A DNA stretch of 64,000 nt from Polyangiales bacterium (lineage in GTDB: Bacteria; Myxococcota_A; Polyangia; Polyangiales; Houyiibacteriaceae): the NCBI GenBank assembly GCA_965227405.1, contig OZ245758.1, positions 3,060,338-3,124,337 on the forward strand. The letters run 5' to 3'. The notes beneath the pieces were generated by a model, which had not been told where the DNA came from, made no database searches, and worked only from the letters and a program-made list of their open reading frames with translations. Of this stretch, positions 31,716-41,578 are shown piece after piece; positions within the stretch are counted from its first letter, which is position 1; the number at the start of each line of letters is the position of its first letter. The position numbers and the translations under genes were made by a program.

Positions 31716-32192
31716 TCAGCTCGCTATGTAGTTCCGCAGCGCATCCAAGATCGCACTGGACTCGTCGACGTCAGGACCGTCCCAAGTCGCCACTTCGTCG
31801 AAGGAGTCCATGACACATGCCCAATACAGCTCGACGCGCCAATCGATCGCGGCGTGGAACATCGCGCTGAATCCACCGCCAATAACTTCAAAGCCAGAAG
31901 CGTCCGCCCACACCAATCGACCCTCTTCGCCCTCTTCCCGTTCCATCGGATCGACGAAGCCAGCCAGGTCGTGAACGTGACGACCCACGAGATCAGCCTC
32001 GCGTGTGACGAAGAACGAACCGGTCTTGAGGTAGCGAACAAGCGGCTCGCCGACACTTGACCCTAACGCCGGCAGAACCGCCACTTCACGAAAGTACTCG
32101 GCGTCGCCGAACTCGCTGAGGTCCTCGACCAGGATTCCGGGCCATCGCGTTTCGAGAGCCCGCTCAACGGCTTCGTGGATCGCATCACGCAC
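31716..32192 (-). CDS. Hypothetical protein
   Basis: 158 aa ORF. Confidence 0.45.
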   Translation of the reverse strand: MRDAIHEAVERALETRWPGILVEDLSEFGDAEYFREVAVLPALGSSVGEPLVRYLKTGSFFVTREADLVGRHVHDLAGFVDPMEREEGEEGRLVWADASGFEVIGGGFSAMFHAAIDWRVELYWACVMDSFDEVATWDGPDVDESSAILDALRNYIAS

Positions 32193-32198
32193 ACAGCA

Positions 32199-33539
32199 TT
32201 AGACCAGATACTTCAGGTCCGCGTGAAACGTAGGATACGCATACACCCGCGACTTGAGGTCCGCCGCCGTTTTCCCTGTTGTGATCGCGTCCGCAAACGC
32301 GTGGATGGTTTCACCGGCGCCGTGCCCCACCAGGTGTGCGCCGACAATGCGTCCACTCTTCTTCTCGACGAGTACTTTCGCCCACGCGGACTCTTCGGCG
32401 TAGCTCTTGGCCGAACGCCAACTCCGCATGTCGTTGACCTTCACCTCCACATCCAGTCCTTGCGCGCTTGCTTCCGCTTCGGTGAGTCCGACACGCGCCA
32501 GCGTTGGAACCGTAAACACGGCGCTTGGTACGTCGTCGTAACGCGGGGCAAGCGAGGTTCCTTCCAGAAGGTTCTTACCGACGATTCGACCTTCCACACT
32601 TGCCAAAGGTGATAGTTGCGGTCGACCCGGAGCGGCATCCCCAGCGAAGTACACATCCGGGTTGTCGATGCTGCGAAGTCCCTCGTCGAGCGCGAGCGTT
32701 CGACCGTCCCAAGCGATCCCTGCAGCTTCGAGGTTGAGATCCAAGTTGGCTGCGCGACCCGCAGCGTTGGCAACCGCGGCGACCGAGAGTTCGTGAACTT
32801 CACCCTCGCGCTCGAACACGACGACAAAGCGTCCATCTACGGCGTCGATGCGTTGAACACGAACGGCGGTCTCTACCTGCAGGCCAATCGCCTCATGGAT
32901 GCGATCCAGCTCGGCAACTTGGTCTGCATCGTGACGCGTCAACAGACGCGGTGCAGCTTCGAGAATGGTCACCTTCGACCCCGCACGCGCCATCACGTGA
33001 CCAAGTTCGAGACCGATCACGCCACCACCGATGAAGGCGATGCTCTCAGAGAGTTCGGTGTGTTGCAGCAGGTCGTCGCTAGTCAACGCGTGTTCGAACC
33101 CCGGGATCGGTAGCTTGCGCGGTGCGGAACCCGTCGCGACCACGATCTTGCGCGCTTCGATGCGCTGTCCATCAACCTCGACCACATTGCGATCGACGAA
33201 CTGAGCACGGCCGCGAACCAACGCGATTCCTCGTCGCTCCAGACTGGACTCAAACTGCTCAGGCACGCCATCGACAAACGTTCGTTCGCGCGCGATGAGC
33301 GCACCCCAATCCAAGTGCACGTCACCGACTTCGACATGGTGTGCACCAGCGCGACGGATCACATCGAGCGCCTCGGCCGCAGCCACGAGCACCTTCTTGG
33401 GCACACAACCACGCAGAGCGCAGGTTCCCCCCACGTCGCGTGATTCCACGATCGTCACCGACCATCCCGCTTCACGAGCCACCGAAGCAGCGGCGAGCCC
33501 AGCGTTACCGGCTCCAAGCACCAAGAGATCCGTCTTCAT
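32199..33539 (-). CDS. FAD-dependent pyridine nucleotide-disulfide oxidoreductase (class I, redox-active CxxxxC)
   Basis: GAGNAGLAAA FAD motif, GGTCALRGCVPKK redox disulfide, second Rossmann, dimerization C-term. Confidence 0.85.
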   Translation of the reverse strand: MKTDLLVLGAGNAGLAAASVAREAGWSVTIVESRDVGGTCALRGCVPKKVLVAAAEALDVIRRAGAHHVEVGDVHLDWGALIARERTFVDGVPEQFESSLERRGIALVRGRAQFVDRNVVEVDGQRIEARKIVVATGSAPRKLPIPGFEHALTSDDLLQHTELSESIAFIGGGVIGLELGHVMARAGSKVTILEAAPRLLTRHDADQVAELDRIHEAIGLQVETAVRVQRIDAVDGRFVVVFEREGEVHELSVAAVANAAGRAANLDLNLEAAGIAWDGRTLALDEGLRSIDNPDVYFAGDAAPGRPQLSPLASVEGRIVGKNLLEGTSLAPRYDDVPSAVFTVPTLARVGLTEAEASAQGLDVEVKVNDMRSWRSAKSYAEESAWAKVLVEKKSGRIVGAHLVGHGAGETIHAFADAITTGKTAADLKSRVYAYPTFHADLKYLV

Positions 33540-33614
33540 AAGTGTTTCCTTTCACTTACGAAGGTGGGCTATCCGACGTGCGAAATCCGCCGGAGGTGGT
33601 GCGAAATCGTCCGG

Positions 33615-35399
33615 CTACAGCTCGGTGACTGTTGGGGCCTGGGGCGTCTTGGTGGTCGGGTCGTATCCGCTCCACGTGTCGACGATCTCAATGTGCGACG
33701 ACTGGCCCGTGACTTGGTCCAGTGTGTACGACTGAAACGCGCGAAACGAGTAGGTGACGTCATCCGAGGTGGGCATGCGAACGGCGTCGGTGATCTCGTC
33801 GTCGTTGGAGTCCCAGTCTCCACCCTCGTCGAGTCCCGTGCCTTGAACGTCGTCGATCTGAACGTTCGCCCACGTGGACAAGCGTCCGGTCCACTCCGAC
33901 GAGAGTTCGATGTCACCGACTCCGGATCCATCGTTGTTGTAGAAGTGGGTCACGCCGGGGAAGGGCGGTCCAGGTGACTCCGATTGGCCGCCGATGTTGA
34001 GAAACGCGTTTGAGCCATCAACCGCACTGACGGTGTTGTATCCATAGACGTGGTTCTCGGCCGCCGTGGCCGCACGAAGACGAATGCATCGACCGATGCC
34101 AGAGCCGTGACTGAGGTCGCAGGTGTTGTAGAGCACCATCGCGTTGTCATCTCCATCGAAGAAGATCATCCGATGGCTGGCATCGTGCATCGCCGAGTAC
34201 GAGAGCATTCCGTGCGCGATGTACTTGGTGCCCGTCGAGCGATTGCGGTTTGAGAGGTACGTGCACTGCGCACAGCGCGTCGCACTAAACCGGTCTCCGA
34301 TGATCCATGCGTCGTCGACATCGGAGTACCCGCCGTCGCGAGCTGTCGACGTTGAGTCCGGGTCGATCGAAATCGTGTTCGACCACGCGATGAAGTTGCG
34401 ACAGTCCTGCATCCACATTGCGTCGCGCCCCGTGCCCGAACGAGATTGGAGAGTGGCGGAGTTTTCGAAAATTCGTGCACGTCCCAAGTCAGCGCCGTCA
34501 CAGTCGATTCCAGCATTGGTTGCGGATCCAACCCGGGGTGTCGTGTACGCGCTCTGGCTGACGCGAAGTCCCGACATCGATGAGAGGCCTGATGCGTCGA
34601 TGAAGTGGCCTTCGCCATCATCGTTCTGGCATTCGATGTCGTGGATGTTGAGCCCGACGCGATCGCCGCTCAGCACGATGCAAGAGGAACCGCCGCTTGG
34701 AGTGAGTGCGAGACCTTGTCCCGATAGCTCCACGTGATCGGCCGCAATGGTGATCGTCCCTGAAAACGCTTCAGCAACGCGCCAGCATCGTGGAGCGTCC
34801 GCCGTTCCCCCGTCGGAGATCGTCGTCGACTCGGAGATTTCAAACTCCCAGGTTTCGCAAGGTGCGACCGGTGTTCGAGCGACTGCCGCGACTTCTGCCA
34901 CGGCGCCTTCGATGTCTGCTGAGTTGATGGTCGAGACGCCGATGTAATAGGTCGTGTCGGGTTCCAGTCCGTCTACGGTTGCGACGACTGTTGCCGGAAG
35001 CGGCGTGTCGGCCAGGTTCAGGGTTCCGAGTTCGTACGTACCAGACTCCGAGCCGAGTGAGAGCCGATAGGTTTGAACGTCCGCAAGGCTGTCGTCGGTG
35101 TTCGCGAACGAGGGACTCCAATGAACGTCGACCTGTGCAGTACCGCCGAGTCCGGAGTGGATCGTCAGGTAGCCATCCTCGACTGAGAATCCGAACTCGT
35201 CTCGGCCGGCGTCTACTCTTGCGTCCTCCCCGCTGTCAGGAAGGTCAGCGTCGGTTGCGGCGTCGGGATCCGGCTGAGCATCAGCACCGTCAACCCCGCT
35301 GTCTGCAACACGAGCGTCCGAGCCCGCGTCACCTGGTGAATCGTCATCGCCGCAGGCGTAGATCGCCAGCAACAGCCCAACCCCGAGTCCCCAACGCAC
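33615..35399 (-). CDS. Secreted lipoprotein with fibronectin type III-like and parallel beta-helix regions
   Basis: MRWGLGVGLLLAIYACGDDD lipobox; TYRLSLG...LEPDTTYYIGVSTIN FN3-like. Confidence 0.6.
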   Translation of the reverse strand: MRWGLGVGLLLAIYACGDDDSPGDAGSDARVADSGVDGADAQPDPDAATDADLPDSGEDARVDAGRDEFGFSVEDGYLTIHSGLGGTAQVDVHWSPSFANTDDSLADVQTYRLSLGSESGTYELGTLNLADTPLPATVVATVDGLEPDTTYYIGVSTINSADIEGAVAEVAAVARTPVAPCETWEFEISESTTISDGGTADAPRCWRVAEAFSGTITIAADHVELSGQGLALTPSGGSSCIVLSGDRVGLNIHDIECQNDDGEGHFIDASGLSSMSGLRVSQSAYTTPRVGSATNAGIDCDGADLGRARIFENSATLQSRSGTGRDAMWMQDCRNFIAWSNTISIDPDSTSTARDGGYSDVDDAWIIGDRFSATRCAQCTYLSNRNRSTGTKYIAHGMLSYSAMHDASHRMIFFDGDDNAMVLYNTCDLSHGSGIGRCIRLRAATAAENHVYGYNTVSAVDGSNAFLNIGGQSESPGPPFPGVTHFYNNDGSGVGDIELSSEWTGRLSTWANVQIDDVQGTGLDEGGDWDSNDDEITDAVRMPTSDDVTYSFRAFQSYTLDQVTGQSSHIEIVDTWSGYDPTTKTPQAPTVTEL

Positions 35400-35424
35400 C
35401 CGCGAACACTAAACCAAAGCGCAC

Positions 35425-36105
35425 CTAGTGTGCGGTTGCTGTGGAGGTTCGCCCCAACTCTCGCAAGACTTCGTAGGCGATTTCGGTGTCCGAGAGTGTC
35501 GCGAAATCGATGGCGTCAAATGCGCGCACGGGATGGCGCGTGACGAGAACGCTCCCTTGGGCCCACTCCCCATCGAGGGCGACGATGGCACCGTCGCCCA
35601 AGCGCGTCTCCACAGAGAGTTCCTGGGTAACGCCATCACGAGTGACTCGACCTTCGATTCGAATCGCGCTGTCGAGCTGTGGAACACCGTCACGCGCGAA
35701 CGCGTCGACGGCTTCGATGGTCCAAAACGCTTCGCAATACATGGCGCCGGATGCGCTTGCTTCGCCCACGACCAGCGGATCGTCGAGTGTCAGCGAATCT
35801 GCCACGTACGCGTCGAGTCGAGAGCTGTCTTCGCCCCAATAGTGATCCGCCCGTGCGACCGACAAGCCGAACACGCTTGCTGTCGCACACGGAACCAACT
35901 CCAACGAACCTACGCCAATACGCAGCTCGTCGATCTCAACCGTGTAGCCAACTGAAGTCTCGAATACACGAGTCCCATCATGCTCCGCGGCGCCGTCCCA
36001 GTCCGTCGCCATGCTGTACGTGATCGACTCTCCTGCGAGCGGGGCGGTGGACGTCGCCGGCGCGCAGAACACCAAGAAGAACGCGCCGACAACAACCCAT
36101 CGCAT
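35425..36105 (-). CDS. Hypothetical secreted protein
   Basis: Signal peptide MRWVVVGAFFLVFCAPATS; TGATG overlap with upstream gene stop. Confidence 0.5.
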   Translation of the reverse strand: MRWVVVGAFFLVFCAPATSTAPLAGESITYSMATDWDGAAEHDGTRVFETSVGYTVEIDELRIGVGSLELVPCATASVFGLSVARADHYWGEDSSRLDAYVADSLTLDDPLVVGEASASGAMYCEAFWTIEAVDAFARDGVPQLDSAIRIEGRVTRDGVTQELSVETRLGDGAIVALDGEWAQGSVLVTRHPVRAFDAIDFATLSDTEIAYEVLRELGRTSTATAH

Positions 36106-37631
36106 CAGCAGTCTTCGGCGCAGTTGTCCGCGGTCTCGGGGCCGTCACAGGTTCCATCGCCGCAACAGCCTTCGGTCATCCCGTCTGTGCAGTCCATGAC
36201 GTCCATAGCCATCATGCCGCCGCCCATCATGCCTCCACCCATCGCTTGTTCGGCGGGCGTGCCGCGGTAACAGCCTTGGATGTAGGGGAAGCTCATGGTC
36301 ACGTGATAGGCGTAGCCGTCTGCGCCCTCGACGCCGTTGCAACGATCCAGAAACGCAATGTCGGTTCGATCGTCGTCGGTGCGGTCGACGTAGGTATGCG
36401 AGCACCATCCGTAGTCGACTAAGACGCACTGGTTTCGTGCGACGACTTCACCGTCAACTTCGCTGAGCGCCCACGAGCACGCGAAGTTCTCATCGTCGCA
36501 ATCCGCGTCGGTGGTGCAGTCGATCCCTTCGAGCGTGAGCGCATCACCGGCGGCGACATCGCTTTCGGCTTCCCAAGCACCAAGTCCACGGTAGATCCAC
36601 GAACTGTAGGCACGGCGAACATCGGTGCACGTACCGTCGCCATCGCGCGTGACGCAGACGCAGGGTCCTTTGATGGGATAGCCATCGAGACTCCAGCCGA
36701 CGATCGGTGATTCTTCGGTGCAGTCTCCGGTGAGGAACTCTTCTGCGTTCCAGACTTCAGCAGCATCGACGTAGCTGTTTGCCGGAGAACCGTTTGCGGC
36801 GCGCTCGAAACATGCAGGAGCAACGACGTGGTAGTGCATGTCGCCACCGGTGTGACCCCCACAAAGGTCCAGCGCGCGTAGTGCGTCGTCGCCATCGTCC
36901 GGGTAGAACGCCGCGGGGTTGCCCCAGGGGTCGGGAAAGCCTGCTTCGTTCGGACCGTTCGCAGATACGCCCGAGATCACAAACGCTGCGGTTCCGAGAC
37001 ACGCGATGCCTCGATAGTCGACGCGTCCTGTTGAGAGCATTTCGTAGTAGAGCGTTTCGCCTGCGTTCGCGCAGAGCCCGCTGGGTTCGTTCGCCGTCGC
37101 GTTGTCGGGGTTGTTGATGTACTGCTCATAGCCGTCGACGCAGCCCATGAACGTTGTGACGTCCGGCGCAGCGGCGGCTTCGCCGAGTTGTGCGGGTGTT
37201 CGTGGAACTCGATAGATCACGACGTTCTCGGCGAGTTCGTTCGGTGTCGTTTGCACGAAGTCGTAGTGGGGAAGTTTGTTGGTGGCGACGTAGACGTACG
37301 TGTCATCGCAGCGCGCTTCGATGCAGGGCGTCATCGCGGTTCCGTTGTTGTCGATCTCGATGCCGTTGAGATTGAAGAGTGAGCCGGCTACGTCCACGTC
37401 AGCCGGGCAGTCCACGAGTTCGCCTTCAAGCTCGTAGTCGTCGATGCCTGCCCAGATGTCGGTCGGACACGCGGACTCGCCTGCGTCGGGATCGTCACCC
37501 GCGTCGGTGGTCACCACGTCCGCGGCAGTGTCCGAAGCAGCGTCTGTTCCGGCGTCGGAGTCTGGGGAGTCGTCGTCGCCGCATCCAAGGGCAACGACCA
37601 CGCTGAGAAAGCTGAGTTGAGCGATTCGCAT
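36105..37631 (-). CDS. Secreted lipoprotein, YHYH-like domain, Met/Gly-rich C-terminal tail
   Basis: MRIAQLSFLSVVVALGCGDDD lipobox; GGDMHYHVVAPAC; tail MGGGMMGGGMMAMDVMDC. Confidence 0.5.
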   Translation of the reverse strand: MRIAQLSFLSVVVALGCGDDDSPDSDAGTDAASDTAADVVTTDAGDDPDAGESACPTDIWAGIDDYELEGELVDCPADVDVAGSLFNLNGIEIDNNGTAMTPCIEARCDDTYVYVATNKLPHYDFVQTTPNELAENVVIYRVPRTPAQLGEAAAAPDVTTFMGCVDGYEQYINNPDNATANEPSGLCANAGETLYYEMLSTGRVDYRGIACLGTAAFVISGVSANGPNEAGFPDPWGNPAAFYPDDGDDALRALDLCGGHTGGDMHYHVVAPACFERAANGSPANSYVDAAEVWNAEEFLTGDCTEESPIVGWSLDGYPIKGPCVCVTRDGDGTCTDVRRAYSSWIYRGLGAWEAESDVAAGDALTLEGIDCTTDADCDDENFACSWALSEVDGEVVARNQCVLVDYGWCSHTYVDRTDDDRTDIAFLDRCNGVEGADGYAYHVTMSFPYIQGCYRGTPAEQAMGGGMMGGGMMAMDVMDCTDGMTEGCCGDGTCDGPETADNCAEDC

Positions 37632-37743
37632 GCCCCAGCACTTCGCAAGAGCCACGCCACCCAAAACCCACCGCAAACTCTGGACTCGAACTCGCACACA
37701 ACTGCGAGATCCGCACCCAACCTGCAGATTCCGCCACCCGAGC

Positions 37744-39072
37744 TCAGCCTAGGTCGTACTTCTTCAGCTTGTCGTAGAGCGTGCGCACGCCGATGCCCAG
37801 CTTCGCAGCGGCTTCCTTTCGGTTGCCGCCCACCGCCTTCAACGCTGCGGCAATCGCACGCTTCTCCACCTGTTCGAGCGTCAACACGTCTGTCGGTTCG
37901 GGAGGCACCAACGAGTCCAGCCACAGATGCTCTCGCTTGATCGGCTTTCCGTCCGACAAGATCGCTGCGCGTTCCAACACGTTCCGCAGCTGTCGAACAT
38001 TGCCCGGCCACGCGTGCGTGGTGAGTTCCTCTGCCACAGCATCACTCATGGTTAAACGTGGGTGACCCAAGTCGATTCCCACGCGATGCAGCAGGCGCTC
38101 CGCCAAAGGTCGAATGTCTTGTCGCCGCTCGCGCAGTGCGGGCAATCGAATCGGGAACACCGCCAACCGGTGATACAAGTCCTGCCGAAACGCTCCGTCT
38201 TGCACCATCTTGGACAAGTTGCGGTTCGACGCCGCGATCCAACGTACGTTCGCGCGCAACGTTCGCGTTCCGCCTAAACGCTCGAAGGTCCGCTCTTCCA
38301 ACACGCGCAGCAACTTCGCTTGCAACTCCGGTTTGAGCTCACCCAGTTCGTCGAGAAAGAACGTTCCGCCTTCGGCGAGCTCGATCCGCCCACGTCGTTG
38401 AGCATGTGCGCCGGTGAATGCGCCTTTCTCGTGGCCAAAGAGCTCGCTCTCGAGAAGCGTTTCGGATAGTGCCGCACAGTTGATCGCGATAAACGGACCT
38501 GTCGCACGCTTGCTCCAGGCGTGAATGGCCCGCGCGGTCACTTCCTTGCCCGTTCCGCTCTCACCGGTGAGCAGAACCGTTGCATCGGTGGGAGCGACTT
38601 TCTCCAACGCGCCGACGACCGGCTTCATCGCGGGATCGCCCCAGGTGAGTTGCGGAGTGTTGGCACCCGAAACGCGCGCGACACCTTCGGCCCGAGTTCG
38701 AAGCTGCTTCCGTTCCACGGCGCGTGTAACGATCAGACGTAGCTCGGCAGGACTGCTGACCGGCTTTTCCAAAAAGTCATACGCACCAAGGCGCATCGCT
38801 TCGACCGCGACACGCACCGAGCCATGTGCGGTCAACACGATCACTTCCGTTTCGGGAAGCTCGTCGCGCACAAAGTTGAGCACCGCCATGCCGTCGGCTT
38901 TCGGCATGTCCAGATCGGTCAGGACCAAGTCGAACGCTTCTTTGCGCAGTCGGTCGAGTGCTTCTGCGCCATCGGGGACGGCTTGAACTTCGTGGTCGTC
39001 CATCTCCAGCGCTTCGGCCAGAAACTCACGAATACCTTCTTCGTCATCAGCGACCAGGATCCGAGCCATCAC
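37744..39072 (-). CDS. Sigma-54-dependent Fis-family response regulator (NtrC type)
   Basis: REC (ILVADDE...[10 protein letters not shown]), AAA+ [15 protein letters not shown]-term Fis HTH. Confidence 0.9.
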   Translation of the reverse strand: MMARILVADDEEGIREFLAEALEMDDHEVQAVPDGAEALDRLRKEAFDLVLTDLDMPKADGMAVLNFVRDELPETEVIVLTAHGSVRVAVEAMRLGAYDFLEKPVSSPAELRLIVTRAVERKQLRTRAEGVARVSGANTPQLTWGDPAMKPVVGALEKVAPTDATVLLTGESGTGKEVTARAIHAWSKRATGPFIAINCAALSETLLESELFGHEKGAFTGAHAQRRGRIELAEGGTFFLDELGELKPELQAKLLRVLEERTFERLGGTRTLRANVRWIAASNRNLSKMVQDGAFRQDLYHRLAVFPIRLPALRERRQDIRPLAERLLHRVGIDLGHPRLTMSDAVAEELTTHAWPGNVRQLRNVLERAAILSDGKPIKREHLWLDSLVPPEPTDVLTLEQVEKRAIAAALKAVGGNRKEAAAKLGIGVRTLYDKLKKYDLG

Positions 39073-40292
39073 GTGCCTCGCGGGAGTGTCACCGTAAACG
39101 TCGCACCACCGCCATCGCGATTTGCAGCGGCGATCGTGCCTTCGTGGGCCTCGACGATGCGTTTGACAATCGCCAGTCCCAAGCCGGTGCCTTTGACGCG
39201 CTTGGTGTGAAAGGGCTCAAACAGACGATCGAGTTCGTCGGGCTCAAAGCCCTGGCCGCGATCCGAGACTGCGATGTCGACACTTGACACACTTGCTTCG
39301 AGGGACACTTCGGCGCGTTCACTCGCCTGCAACGCGTTGGTCAGCAGGTTGATCAAGACCTGACGGAGGCGCGGTGCGTCGGCATGTCCGGGGACTGGTT
39401 CGTTTGGAAGCCGAAGCTCAATCGTGTCGTCCACCGAGCGCGCTGTATTTTGGATCAACTCGCGGAAGTCGAGCGCTTCTTTGTTCAACTCACCTGAACG
39501 CACAAAGTCGAGAAGATTGGTGGTGAGTTCTTCCAGGCGTTCGGCTTCGTGAACGATTCGGTCGACTTTACGTTGCGTCTTATCTTCGCCTTGGGTGAAT
39601 TCAGCCAGCAACTGAGCGTGGCCCTTCAACGATGCGAGTGGATTTCGGATCTCATGCGCGAGAACGGCACTCATCTCACCAAGTGCGGCAAGACGTCGTT
39701 CACGCTCACTTCGTCGTAGCCACTCTTCGCGTTCACGGAGTGCGCGTGCGAGAAACACCGCGAGCAAGAAGAACAGCGCACCGCTGACCGCTGCGGCGAC
39801 CAATGTCCAGATCGCATTGCTGCGCAGACTCGGTGCGATGTTGGGCTCGAGTTCGATGACCAACGTAACAAGCGGTGGGCGATGATGTGGGCCTTTGCGA
39901 GGTGGTCGCTTGCCCATCTTGTGTGGCGGGGGCGCGGGATGGAGTGGAATCTCTCGCGTCGCGCGAACCCGTTCGTCGTTCTCGTCGTAGGCGTGGCCCG
40001 TGAGTTGCGCAGAACCCGATTCGGTGCGACCACGAGGATGAACGATCGCGGCGTATCGAAGACCGGCGTCGCGATGCGCCTCGACGAACGTGTCGAGGTC
40101 GACTTCTTCGGGGCGCAACGATCGCGCTTGGAGGTATCCCACGAACGTCTCGAGCATGACCTCGGACTCACCGTGAGATGCACGCTTCGCAGCGCGCTGC
40201 ACGCCAACCCATGCGATGAGCTGAGACGCAATCAACGCAACAGCAGCCAACGCACCGAGGACAGGCAGCGCTCTTGCGAATCGCGGCATCAC
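39069..40292 (-). CDS. Sensor histidine kinase (HisKA + HATPase_c)
   Basis: H-box [11 protein letters not shown] boxes; N-term TM; ATGA overlap with RR. Confidence 0.85.
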   Translation of the reverse strand: MMPRFARALPVLGALAAVALIASQLIAWVGVQRAAKRASHGESEVMLETFVGYLQARSLRPEEVDLDTFVEAHRDAGLRYAAIVHPRGRTESGSAQLTGHAYDENDERVRATREIPLHPAPPPHKMGKRPPRKGPHHRPPLVTLVIELEPNIAPSLRSNAIWTLVAAAVSGALFFLLAVFLARALREREEWLRRSERERRLAALGEMSAVLAHEIRNPLASLKGHAQLLAEFTQGEDKTQRKVDRIVHEAERLEELTTNLLDFVRSGELNKEALDFRELIQNTARSVDDTIELRLPNEPVPGHADAPRLRQVLINLLTNALQASERAEVSLEASVSSVDIAVSDRGQGFEPDELDRLFEPFHTKRVKGTGLGLAIVKRIVEAHEGTIAAANRDGGGATFTVTLPRGT

Positions 40293-40306
40293 TTGAGTCT
40301 ACACAG

Positions 40307-40561
40307 TCAACGCATGCCGCGGTCGCGGCGTTCGTGGTTGTGCGGGACGCAGACCAAGCGAGTTTCTTCAACATCGCGTGGAGGCGTGCGGCACGTACCT
40401 TCGAGTTGGCCGTGCGGGGTGTCGACTGAGCAGAGCGTGCCTTCTTCTTGGTTCTGGCAAGCGGCGAACGCCTCGGGCGGAGGTCGACGCATGTTGGGCG
40501 GTTGGGCCAGGACGAACGCGGGCAGGGCAATCGCGGCGAGCAGGGAGAGAAACTTGGTCAT
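40307..40561 (-). CDS. Small secreted protein (~84 aa) leading the HK/RR operon
   Basis: MTKFLSLLAAIALPAFVLAQP signal peptide; 4 Cys. Confidence 0.45.
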   Translation of the reverse strand: MTKFLSLLAAIALPAFVLAQPPNMRRPPPEAFAACQNQEEGTLCSVDTPHGQLEGTCRTPPRDVEETRLVCVPHNHERRDRGMR

Positions 40562-40971
40562 GCGGCACGTTCTTTCAATCATCGTGCCGCACTGGTTTCG
40601 GGTTGAGTGGCCGGCGTGCATGCACGCGGGCGGCAAGAACCGCAGACGACGAGTGCGAAGTCCGCAGTCTTCCATCGAACGTTGTCTAAACACCGGCAAA
40701 GACGGACGGCACGCTCTTCGCTAGGTCCTGGGTGTGGCTCGCATCGCACTCCCCCTCCTCGTCCAGCCACCTTCGCATCACAGGTGCACACGGCCTCGGG
40801 TCAAGCCGAGCCGTGCTGCGCCTGGCGGGGGACGCGCCGTCGCGGGCTATGGGATTACAAGACTTCGAAGAGAGCTAAGTGGAGTGGATTTGTTTGTCGA
40901 TACGAGGAGCCGACGCTTGAACGGCGTTACCTGAAGCTCGCTCCAAAGCGTTAGGTCGGTGTTCTTATTAA

Positions 40972-41058
40972 CCGGAAGTGCGGGAAGACTGGAAGGCGGG
41001 AAGGTCTTGGAAACGAACCTTCCCGCCTTCCAGCCTTCCCGCACTTCCGGAAAAAAAA
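40972..41058. repeat. Near-perfect 34-bp inverted repeat (one mismatch), 11-nt loop, followed by A8
   Basis: Arms 40972-41005 and 41017-41050; loop cttggaaacga; a8 at 41051-41058. Confidence 0.8.
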
Positions 41059-41137
41059 GAATGTCGACCACCCCACTAAAGCGACATCGTAGTTCGCCTT
41101 CACGCTCCTAGTTCGTTAGTCGCCACAATGAGCAAGC

Positions 41138-41575
41138 TTAGAGCTTCTTCACGCTTGTGGGACGGATGGAACAACCGAACACGCTTCCGTGCTGCAGTTC
41201 GCCCTCCACGCGCACGACATCACCCGGGTTCACTTCTTCCATGTCGTCGGTTCGCAGCACGAAGTCGCTTGGATAGAGCCGCTCGACCTGACCCTCGATT
41301 GGATACTCGGACTCCATTTCGATCGCATCCATTGTGCGCACCGTTCGACCTACGTCGAAGCGCAACTCGATCGTGGTGTCACGCTTTCCGCGTTCGTCCG
41401 AAAGGTCGAGGCTGCAAGTCTCAGTGCATCCAAGTGTGACCACAGGCGCGACGAGATAGCCCGATACGGCAACGGAGCGTCCCGCGTTTTCCGCGTTGCA
41501 CACTTCGGCGACCGACTCACCGGGCGCGGCTTCGTGTCCGCACGCCAAGAGCAACATCAATCCCAATACGCGCAT
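41138..41575 (-). CDS. Hypothetical lipoprotein
   Basis: MRVLGLMLLLACGHE lipobox. Confidence 0.5.
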   Translation of the reverse strand: MRVLGLMLLLACGHEAAPGESVAEVCNAENAGRSVAVSGYLVAPVVTLGCTETCSLDLSDERGKRDTTIELRFDVGRTVRTMDAIEMESEYPIEGQVERLYPSDFVLRTDDMEEVNPGDVVRVEGELQHGSVFGCSIRPTSVKKL

Positions 41576-41578
41576 CGA

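Noticed and set aside
40562-40640. Sigma-54 promoter upstream of the small-protein/HK/RR operon (cGGCACGatgaTTGAa)
   Set aside because: The -12 element is TTGA rather than TTGC, and the spacing to the ATG would leave almost no 5' UTR. It is noted only as a hairpin next to the start codon.
40972-41058. Hairpin plus A8 as a rho-independent terminator of a plus-strand gene
   Set aside because: On the plus strand the run is A, not U. On the minus strand the U-run precedes the stem. A 34-bp stem is also atypical for an intrinsic terminator. It is kept as a repeat/structured element instead.
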